14,239 nucleotides of DNA from Oligoflexia bacterium (lineage in GTDB: Bacteria; Bdellovibrionota; UBA1018). The notes below the pieces were generated by a model. The model was given only the letters and a program-made list of their open reading frames with translations. It searched no databases and was not told where the DNA came from. The position numbers were made by a program, and so were the translations under genes. Below, piece after piece: positions 1 through 7,171 of the stretch (positions are counted from its first letter, which is position 1; each line of letters opens with the position of its first letter). The stretch lies in assembly GCA_043732485.1 (NCBI GenBank), contig JAYTHP010000099.1, positions 1 to 14,239 on the forward strand, in the 5' to 3' direction.

Positions 1-792
1 GGATTTATCGGAAGTCTCGACGAGGTTGCCGTCTGGAACCGCGCCCTTTGCGACGGCACCAATATCTGCGCCACCAACGAAATTCTCGAGCTCTATCGCC
101 GGGGCTCCAATCGCTTGAAATACCAAGTCCGCTCATGCTCAGACGCTAGCTGCACCACCGGATCCCCCCCTTGGGTGGGAACCGATGGCACCAATCAGAC
201 CTACTTCTCTGAGCTCAATAACAACTTAATCCCCAATGACGCAGGGGACTTAACCTTCTTGGACTCCGTCAACACTGGGTTGCCGACTATGACTTTTTCA
301 AGCTTCCCGGCACTGACCAGCTCGGTGATTCCGACCAATCGGTATTTTCAGTACCGGGCGATCATGGAATCAGCCGACACGGTAGGTAGTTGCACTTACG
401 GCGGAACGGTAGGCTTTCCTTGCTCGCCTGAACTCAAATCCGTCTCAGTGGGCCCCGGTCACTATGACAGTTCGTCACCGACTTTGATCAGTAACCAAGG
501 GGTGTCGTTTTACAACCTCAGTTCGTTCTTGCAGACGCTGGGCTCAGGGGGGTGTGCAAGTGGGGTGTTATACAATATCGGTTCCAGCAGCTCGGGCCCC
601 TGGATGTACTGGAACGGTTCTGCCTGGGCCACCGCAGGCGGCACGACGGCCACGGCCAACGCTGCGGCTGTCGTCAATACCAACGTCGCGTCGTTTGGGA
701 CCTTAAGCCAGATCTACTTCAAGGCCTTCTTTCAGTCGTCAGGCTCGAGTGGGTGTGAGCTGAACCAAGTGACGTTGGGCGGTACGGATTAA
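1..792 (+). CDS. C-terminal part of a LamG-like jellyroll (concanavalin A-like) domain surface/secreted protein, 5'-truncated by the window
   Basis: Frame 1 is open from base 1 and reads GFIGSLDEVAVWNRALCDGTNICATNEILELYRRG, matching the C-terminal 'G.lDEv.iwnraL...ei..ly' motif of LamG-like domains. It continues into the listed 115..792 ORF, which is Ser/Thr/Gly-rich with paired Cys. Stop TAA 790-792. The TTG at 115 is not the real start. Confidence 0.8.
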   Translation, partial: GFIGSLDEVAVWNRALCDGTNICATNEILELYRRGSNRLKYQVRSCSDASCTTGSPPWVGTDGTNQTYFSELNNNLIPNDAGDLTFLDSVNTGLPTMTFSSFPALTSSVIPTNRYFQYRAIMESADTVGSCTYGGTVGFPCSPELKSVSVGPGHYDSSSPTLISNQGVSFYNLSSFLQTLGSGGCASGVLYNIGSSSSGPWMYWNGSAWATAGGTTATANAAAVVNTNVASFGTLSQIYFKAFFQSSGSSGCELNQVTLGGTD

Positions 793-795
793 AGC

Positions 796-838
796 GCCAC
801 CGACACCACAGTGACTGGGTAAGAGCAGGTGGCTTTTT
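796..838 (+). terminator. Possible intrinsic terminator after the LamG gene
   Basis: GCCACC (796-801) pairs with GGTGGC (828-833), followed by TTTTT (834-838). The 26-nt loop is large, so support is weak. Confidence 0.3.
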
Positions 839-1140
839 CTCGCCTCATTTTTGACGGCTTAGCGCCGAGATCGAGTGTCATGGCGTAAAGCGCCAGCGCC
901 TCACAATTTTAGTCCGCCACTTGCCTAGTACGAGTAGTCTTTGGGTGTTTTAGGGCTTGCAAAGTCTAGCTCTGCTTGAAGACGGTGTGAGTGAGTGACG
1001 CTTGGTACTTGGTGCGGCGCTCTAAGTCTTATTTTTTTTCTTTTTTCCCTTCTCACGTACTCTGCCTTCAGTCTCTCAAGGGCTCGCCTCACCTTTGCCT
1101 GTGGCTTGCCTCCTCCTTTTGTGCGGCTTGCAAAAAAAAA

Positions 1141-1215
1141 CCTTTCTGAAGTCTTGCAAAAGTCGTGAGCGTTTCAAGCTTTTCTCACAATTTACTTTTG
1201 CAGCCTTCAGAAAGG
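1141..1215. repeat. Long imperfect inverted repeat (three stacked stems, 25 bp)
   Basis: CCTTTCTGAAG (1141-1151)/CTTCAGAAAGG (1205-1215); TGCAAAAGT (1155-1163)/ACTTTTGCA (1194-1202); GTGAG (1165-1169)/CTCAC (1184-1188). Confidence 0.75.
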
Positions 1216-1362
1216 GGGGAAGAGGAGACAGTCTATGCGACGTTTTTTTCAGTTGAGTATGCGCTTCCACCTTTGAGCGTTCAATTAAGACTTGCAGTCA
1301 ATCATGAGTGGCTTTCAGTGAGGCCTCCAGAGGGAGCCTGAGTTTGCTCTTCAGCGTATTGA

Positions 1363-1923
1363 CTAAGATACGGCGCCTAGCATTTCAGCCCTCTGGGTGT
1401 TGCCTTCTGTGGAAGCGCTGGTCTTAGGCTTAAACCACTTAGCGAGTAACGGACTGGCTTCTTTGTCCTCCATGATTTCAATGGAGCGAACGTGATGCTC
1501 TGGACTCTTAGGAACGATCATTCTTAAAATGCCATCCTTGCAGTAGGATTCAATTTGATGAGCGTCAATGCCGTTAGGAAGGGTGAAGAATCTTTGAAAC
1601 TTATTCGAGCTGCGCTCCGAGTAACTCACCGCTCCTTTTTCTTTTTTAAAAAACTCTTCTTTTCTTTCTCCAGAAATCATCAGCTGATTGCCTTGGGTTT
1701 CCACTCTGAGGTCGTTTTTAGCAAACCCCGGAACTTCAAGCGTCATCAAATAGTGTTGGTCGTTCTCGAGGATTTCACAGACGGGTTGCAACTGCTGCTC
1801 GTTCTTCTTACTCATCTTGCGAGGAATGACCCATTCATCAAAGACCTGATTTAAGTCGTAATTGAGATCAACAATTGCCTGAAACGGGCTGAGAAATGGG
1901 GTAGCTTCATTTTTAAAATTCAT
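1363..1923 (-). CDS. Hsp20/alpha-crystallin family small heat-shock protein
   Basis: Contains P.CEILE..HYLMTLEVPG..K.DL.VE..GNQL.ISGERK, SERS..KFQRFFTLP..ID..IES..KDGIL...VPK and a C-terminal IEI (IxI) motif. Strong SD AAGGAGG (complement of 1934-1940) upstream of the ATG at 1923. Confidence 0.95.
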   Translation of the reverse strand: MNFKNEATPFLSPFQAIVDLNYDLNQVFDEWVIPRKMSKKNEQQLQPVCEILENDQHYLMTLEVPGFAKNDLRVETQGNQLMISGERKEEFFKKEKGAVSYSERSSNKFQRFFTLPNGIDAHQIESYCKDGILRMIVPKSPEHHVRSIEIMEDKEASPLLAKWFKPKTSASTEGNTQRAEMLGAVS

Positions 1924-1926
1924 AAA

Positions 1927-1968
1927 TTTAATTCCTCCTTATGCATGATTGTAGTAAAGAAGACTAAA
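1927..1968 (-). promoter_or_regulatory. hsp20 ribosome-binding site within a weak SD-sequestering hairpin (RNA thermometer candidate)
   Basis: mRNA UUUAGUCUUCUUUA (complement of 1955-1968) can pair with UAAGGAGGA-A-UUAAA (complement of 1927-1941): 14 bp with three G-U pairs and one bulged A. Confidence 0.5.
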
Positions 1969-2015
1969 GCAGTTTAGTTTTTGATGGTTTAGCTACTTTT
2001 TTGTCTTCCTTCTTA

Positions 2016-2043
2016 AGAGTGATCTTGAAATAAGAGCTGTCAA
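2016..2043 (-). promoter_or_regulatory. Possible sigma70-type promoter of hsp20
   Basis: Perfect TTGACA on the minus strand (2043-2038), a 16-nt spacer, then a weak -10 CACTCT (2021-2016). This would give a 5' UTR of about 85 nt. Confidence 0.35.
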
Positions 2044-2591
2044 GGCACAAAACAAAAAAGCTTTGCGTGCTTCAAAAAAAGTCTAAAATCTCTGCGCCCT
2101 TTTCTCTTGTTCTCTCTCTCTTTTCCCTTACGGGTCACACGGCGTTCTTTCACCGTGGACGGACGCAGCCACCCCTCCATCCCCCCCCCTCCTTCTGCCC
2201 TGTTGCCCCGGCCTTGTGGGGGGCCTCTCCTGCCACACACCGCCCCCCATCGGTGTGTAGGTCGGTTGGGATGGCTTACTGAGTGGGGTGGGTGAAGGAA
2301 AAGAGATGAGTGGACGAGCGGGTTTTTTGCCCAGGGCCTTTTGAGTGGTAAGACAAAACAAGGGGGGGGGGTGGCGGTGACCCGACGCTGCGCTTGAGAT
2401 GAATCGTCAAGCCTCTCGGGTTCCCGGGGCTGTGAGAGGACTCCGCCGCATGGCAGGTGCACCACTCTCAGCAAAACTAGAGCTCAAGAGTCGCCAAAAG
2501 TCCCTAACAGCGCAAGGAGCCCCAGTGCAACGAGGTCAAAGTCGGGTGACACGATGATCTGACCCGGTTTGCCGCTTGAGCCCCGTCGGCC

Positions 2592-2678
2592 GTGGTGATC
2601 TCCGGTGATCTCTGTTCCCAGTGATCTTTCTAAAACGTGAGGGAGCAGGCCCCTTTGTCATAGGTGGTGGTGATCTCC
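2592..2678 (+). repeat. Cluster of GTGATCT direct repeats
   Basis: GGTGATCT at 2594, 2604 and 2669; GTGATCT at 2621; TGATCT at 2555. An exact 12-mer GTGGTGATCTCC occurs at 2592-2603 and 2667-2678. Confidence 0.6.
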
Positions 2679-2762
2679 CGTCCTGCGGGGCGTGAGTCAG
2701 CAATCGCAAAAACAACTAAAGGGGGCGCGTGCAAGGAGCGCGACCAAAACGCGCGCCTCACG

Positions 2763-2800
2763 CAAAAGAGGGATTCGTGCCGCTTGCGGCATGACCCTCT
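2763..2800 (-). terminator. Strong hairpin downstream of the 857-aa membrane protein gene, probable terminator
   Basis: AGAGGG (2767-2772)/CCCTCT (2795-2800) enclosing TCGTGCCG-CTTG-CGGCATGA. On the minus strand it ends ...CCCUCUUUUG. It lies 45 nt after the stop at 2846. The U-tract is short. Confidence 0.45.
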
Positions 2801-2845
2801 CTCGACATCCCACCCCCCGCTTTTCCTTTTTGTCTCAGCGCAAAA

Positions 2846-5419
2846 TCAGCGTTGTTCCGCAATGTGCTCATGATGAGACAGCCGGTAAAACACCCAGTGC
2901 CACAGCCCGCAAAAGCCCAAGGCCCCTAAAATGACTGCTGGCCAGGAGAGAAACCCCCGCACTTGGCCTTCCTCGTGCATCGGGCTATCGATCAGCCAAA
3001 TCCAGGTGAAGAGCGTGAGGTGGCAGGTGAGCAGCAGCCGAGCCAGCAGGCGGGGCAACTGGCTGACGCAGGCGCTGAGCACTAAAAAGAGCAGGGCTGA
3101 GGTGGCATAAGAGCCCTGGTGCGGGATGGTTTCTTTGCCGGAAAACATCAGGAAAATCCAGATCACAAGACTGCTTGCGGCAAGGATGGCCGCTGGTGCT
3201 AAGTCGGGGACCTGTGGCCGTGGTTTTTTCTGAGTGAGTAGTAGCCTCAGCAGCCACAAGAGCCCGCCTAAGTTTAAAACCCCTAGCGAACTAAAAATAC
3301 TCAGATACTCAGCGTCTCTGACTGACAAATAGCCTTGCTGGGGGTGATAACTCTTCTGTTGTACAAAGCGCAGCCACTCGCTGAGATCGACAATCTGGGC
3401 CCAGTTTTCCCTCTTGGCTTGTAAGAATTGCTGCCAGGACAGCTTGCGGTAGGCCTGCACGATGACTTGTAAGGGGGGTTCAGGCACCACCGGGTGCACG
3501 CCTGCCAGGTGCATCTTGATCAAGCGATCGCCAGGCGGGTCATAAAACACCTGGTAGGCGCGCCAGGGTAAAAACAGGCCTATACTTAAGGCAGTTGCCA
3601 GCGTGAGGTGGCGCAAGGACAAGCTCTGCTGCTTCCTTGCACCTTGACCATTCCGCTTACGAGAGCAGTAAGCGGCTAGAGGGGAAGCGCCCGCAAGAAG
3701 GGCGTCGGTGGCAAACAAGAAGAAGGCGGGTAGCAGCGTAAAAATCACCCCGCCATGGGTCAGTAACGCCGCGGTCGCAGACAGGCAAGCGCCCAGCAAT
3801 AGTAGGAGGCGGGTGTTTTGCTGGTGGGGTGGGGTGGGAGTCGTTTGGCTGTGACGCTTGAGGGCGATGAGGCAGCTGAGGGCGCCAAAGACCAAGCTTG
3901 CTGCGAGAAATTTGGGCCAGGTGTAGGTGCTGTTGAACAAAAAGGTCCCGGAAAACAAGCAAAATGCTAAGCTCAATTGCACGGTCCGCTTGGGCCAGCG
4001 CAAGATTTGCATGAAGGCTAAGAGCGAGGGAAAGATCAGGCATTGCAAAAGTGTTTGCAACACATGACTGCTGATCACCAGGTGCGAGCGGTTCAGCCAG
4101 TGAGAGGAGTTGAGAAAGATAAAATGACTCAAGATCCAGCCCGTTTGCAGCGGCGGTCGGTCGCTGCTATGCCAATCCCAGCCCATATCCCGCGGGTCGT
4201 CGCCCGTGAAAACTCGCTCGGCAAAGCTAAAGGGAATGCAATTGTCTGATGCCATGTCGAGTCGAAAGCGTCGATTGATGACCCAGGGCTCAGCTAAGCC
4301 ATAAAGGTCTTGCCAGGCGTAGATGATGCACAGGTAAAAAAAGCTAGCCCCTAGCAGCAGTAAAAAGTAGGGCCGCAAGGCGCGCGGCAGCAATTGCTCC
4401 CAGCGGTTTTTTTGCCACTCGTAGATGAGCTTGAGGGCTAAGGCGGCATTAAAAGCGAGAGAAATCATTTTTGCGGTGTGAGGCGCAAGAAAGAACAAGA
4501 AAAAGAAGGCGTAAGCCACCCAGGCCGCAAGCCCTAAGACCAGGAAAAACTGCAGGGGAGCGCCCTGGTTCTCAGGGCCAATGACTTGAGACAGCACCCT
4601 TGTGGCGTCCAGTCGCTGTCTCATCCACAAGCCTGAGGTTAAAACGAAGCAGGAAAAGAACAGTAAGTAGGGTAAAAAAATCAGGGCAGGCGCCTGGGCT
4701 TTTAAGTTGTCAAGCCAGGGCAACGCATGCGGTAAGCTTAAGCCCAGCTTCAGCTCATCAGGCGCGGTGTTTTCAAAGACCAAGTGCGCAGGGAGGTTGT
4801 GCCACTCGCTAGGGAGATGCCAGTGCTGCACGGTCCAGCCCGCCTGGGGGGGGTTAATGAGAAAGAGTTTCAAGCGTTTAGGGGGTTGCGTCTCACTTTC
4901 TAGAAAAAGCTCCTTGCTGTGGCTGACTTCAGGAAAATTATGCTCCAAGGCACCCAAAGTCGCCAGTTGGAGGCTTGCAGGCGTGAGGAAGCAGGGTGAG
5001 GTTAAATGAGGATTTGTCATTGGTAACAGTCTTTTATGCAGTTCCGCGGCACCGGCGCCTTGCTCCTCGCTCCTGGGGGGGGAAGGTGGGTGAAGCGCGC
5101 GAAAATAGCTCAGATCGTTCGCAAGCAACAGTCGCTCCAGGTGGTTGGCTGCCAGGGCGGCGGGCAGTTCCTTGGGTGGATCTTGAAAGAATTGCTCAGG
5201 TGCAACCCGCTCAAAGCCCCCGCTCACTTGCCATGTTCCAGTCGAGGCACTGACGAGGGCACTTTTGGACCAGCGGTGACTGGGTAGGCTCAACGCCGTC
5301 AGCAGGAGCACAACCACTCCCACGCCTGCTGCAAGCAGCAGCGCTTGAGCAGTAAGGTGTTTTTTTAAAAGCCTGCCTAGATGGCAGGTCAGAAGCGGAG
5401 TCTGTGAAGTGGGGGTCAT
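2846..5419 (-). CDS. Large polytopic membrane protein, probable GT-C-fold (lipid-linked sugar dependent) glycosyltransferase-like protein with an N-terminal extracytoplasmic domain
   Basis: 857-aa ORF: an N-terminal TM, about 190 aa soluble region, then more than 10 hydrophobic segments. Loop motifs SDNCIP..FAE, WHSSDRPPLQTG (compare the xPPL motif of GT-C enzymes), YTWPK, THGG, YDPPGDRLIKMHLAG and HQGSY. The gene is secure; the function is inferred. Confidence 0.7.
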   Translation of the reverse strand: MTPTSQTPLLTCHLGRLLKKHLTAQALLLAAGVGVVVLLLTALSLPSHRWSKSALVSASTGTWQVSGGFERVAPEQFFQDPPKELPAALAANHLERLLLANDLSYFRALHPPSPPRSEEQGAGAAELHKRLLPMTNPHLTSPCFLTPASLQLATLGALEHNFPEVSHSKELFLESETQPPKRLKLFLINPPQAGWTVQHWHLPSEWHNLPAHLVFENTAPDELKLGLSLPHALPWLDNLKAQAPALIFLPYLLFFSCFVLTSGLWMRQRLDATRVLSQVIGPENQGAPLQFFLVLGLAAWVAYAFFFLFFLAPHTAKMISLAFNAALALKLIYEWQKNRWEQLLPRALRPYFLLLLGASFFYLCIIYAWQDLYGLAEPWVINRRFRLDMASDNCIPFSFAERVFTGDDPRDMGWDWHSSDRPPLQTGWILSHFIFLNSSHWLNRSHLVISSHVLQTLLQCLIFPSLLAFMQILRWPKRTVQLSLAFCLFSGTFLFNSTYTWPKFLAASLVFGALSCLIALKRHSQTTPTPPHQQNTRLLLLLGACLSATAALLTHGGVIFTLLPAFFLFATDALLAGASPLAAYCSRKRNGQGARKQQSLSLRHLTLATALSIGLFLPWRAYQVFYDPPGDRLIKMHLAGVHPVVPEPPLQVIVQAYRKLSWQQFLQAKRENWAQIVDLSEWLRFVQQKSYHPQQGYLSVRDAEYLSIFSSLGVLNLGGLLWLLRLLLTQKKPRPQVPDLAPAAILAASSLVIWIFLMFSGKETIPHQGSYATSALLFLVLSACVSQLPRLLARLLLTCHLTLFTWIWLIDSPMHEEGQVRGFLSWPAVILGALGFCGLWHWVFYRLSHHEHIAEQR

Positions 5420-5783
5420 AGGTGTTGAGGGGGGGCTGTTTTCAGTTCAGACCTGTGGCCGGTTGCCTGCCGGTCTAAACGCGGGGGTTTGCGGAGTTTT
5501 GCTGCGCTTTTTTTAAAACATTTTCTTCAAAGTAGGTAGGGATTCGTGTTTTCTTGCTGAAGTGCTAGGTGCTGAAGAGTCCGGTGCTGAGTCGCTGAAG
5601 CGCAGGGCTGCAGGTCAGGCTCGTCACGTCCTCACCCCCCCCTGCGCTCTTCGCCCCGCGCGTTTGCTTAGTGGATGCCTCCACCACTTGAAGGTTTGCT
5701 GAGGGCGAGCGTTTTTTTCGCTTCGGATTTCTCAGCCGGGGTCAGCACTTGCCTCAGGTCGATGGGGGTTTGGGGTTGAAAGC

Positions 5784-6449
5784 TTAAAATAACACCGAAA
5801 GCCCTGCTTGCAGCTGAGCAAAACCCATCGCAGGAAGCGTCAGGCTGCCCAGTTTGGAAAAGTCCAGGGCAATCGAGTTCACCGAGGTCCAATCCGCATC
5901 TAGGATAATGCTGACGTTTTTGTTCACTTGAAATTCATAGCCTGCAAACGGCCCCACCACCAAACTGGTGCCAGACCCGGCCATCGCAAAAGGCTTGGCC
6001 GCGGGGAACGCCTGGGCGGTGCCGCTATAGCTCAGCAATCCCACGCCGATGCGCCCGCCAAAGGACAAGCCAGTTTTAAAAACGTTTTTCAAGAAGATCT
6101 CCGTGGCAATCGGCGTCATGCGGCCGGTGCCAAACGCGTAAGCTGATCCCATTTGCCCACTGAGCGGCATGGAAAAAGAATAGGCGTAAAGACCGACAGA
6201 GAGTAAAGCCCCGGCAAGACTGATTAATCCGGTTCCGATTCTCCCTGAGTAGGAGATCGCACTTTCTGGTTTGGCGGGTTGATCGCTAGGGGCAGAGTCA
6301 ATCCCGGTTGCAGTCACCACGCCTGCCATGCCAGCAACGTACATGCGATTAATGGAGTCTTCCGCCTGAGCAGTAGGTAGCAGAAAGCTTCCCATCCAGC
6401 TGCTCTGAAGCGATAAAAAAAATCCAAATAGCATAAAAATTTTCTTCAT
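5784..6449 (-). CDS. Outer membrane beta-barrel protein (small, OmpA/OmpW-like 8-strand type)
   Basis: The likely start is ATG 6449 (MKKIFMLFGFF...AQA/ED signal peptide, AAGG upstream) rather than 6482. It has amphipathic beta-strands (SFGGRIGVGLL, VGPFAGYEFQV, SIILDADW) and a C-terminal beta-signal QLQAGLSVLF ending in Phe. Confidence 0.8.
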   Translation of the reverse strand: MKKIFMLFGFFLSLQSSWMGSFLLPTAQAEDSINRMYVAGMAGVVTATGIDSAPSDQPAKPESAISYSGRIGTGLISLAGALLSVGLYAYSFSMPLSGQMGSAYAFGTGRMTPIATEIFLKNVFKTGLSFGGRIGVGLLSYSGTAQAFPAAKPFAMAGSGTSLVVGPFAGYEFQVNKNVSIILDADWTSVNSIALDFSKLGSLTLPAMGFAQLQAGLSVLF

Positions 6450-7171
6450 AGTGACCTTTTTGATTAGAAAATGAGTGAGCATTCAGTGGATTGTCCTTCA
6501 TATGGGTTAAGGGTCATTTTTTTAGTCCTTCGCTTTACCGTAATCGAAAACGCCAGATCCTTCAAGCCTGATCTTCCTATTCCTGACTCTTCTAGTCGGA
6601 AGTCGGTGGCTTGCCGCAGCAAGCGGCAGGCCAAAAGCCGTCGTTTTTGAAAAAAAGCAGGCTTGAATAGCTCAAGCCCTCATCACCCACTGCGAAAGCG
6701 GGGCGCAGGCTTTTGCACGCAAGCAACTGAAGCTGCAAACACCTAAGAAAGAGTCCCCCGGCGCTGCCGACTGCAGCCTTAGCGCCAACGGGCATCCGTC
6801 GTCAGCACTGCGTAGCGTGCCCCTCTTGCGCAAGAGACTCCTGCTCAGGCAGTGCGCGGTGAGTGTGAGGCGGCATTCCACTTCTTTTTACCTTTCCGCG
6901 AATCCTTTTGAGACTCAACGCTCTTGGCCTTAAGCACAGCGCGTTTGTTTTGCTACTCAGGCAGGCTAGCAAACTTGCTGGGGGTTGGCAATCAAGCGCA
7001 GAAAATAGGCTTTGGGAGTTGCAGAGTCTTTTGCTGAGGAGAGGGGGAGTGAAACGGGCGTTTTTGGGTGCCTTTGGTGCGAAGAAACCTTCCAAAAAAG
7101 CTGGTTGGCGCTTTGAGGCTAAGTAAACAAGCGGGTGAGTTTTGTCGAAACAGAGCGGGCAAGAGTACGGT

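Noticed and set aside
115..117. TTG start for a stand-alone 225-aa protein
   Set aside because: The frame is open to base 1 with a LamG motif upstream, so the gene begins before the window.
1924..2100. CIRCE, HAIR or sigma32 promoter upstream of hsp20
   Set aside because: No TTAGCACTC-N9-GAGTGCTAA or CTTGAGT-N7-ACTCAAG. CTTGAAA at 2024-2030 points the wrong way and has no CCCCAT -10.
2040..2474. ORFs of 62-144 aa on both strands in the hsp20 upstream spacer
   Set aside because: Low-complexity Pro/Gly/Arg translations of C- and G-runs, with no clear SD and no recognisable domain.
2555..2700. oriC suggested by the GATC cluster, or a tRNA suggested by CCACCA on the minus strand at 2665-2670
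   Set aside because: No TTATCCACA DnaA boxes or AT-rich unwinding element, and no T-loop or cloverleaf next to the CCA.
6680..6760. c-di-GMP-I riboswitch (GAAA tetraloop followed by GGGGCGCAGGC) or RNase P P4-like AAAGAGTCC
   Set aside because: It lacks the upstream GGCAAAC and the CGCAAAGC/P2 consensus. RNase P GAGGAAAGUCC and its 3' partner are absent.
6592..7126. Four short ORFs (67-97 aa) in the divergent spacer
   Set aside because: Mutually overlapping, mostly non-ATG starts, no clear SD, and no recognisable homology or coding-like composition.
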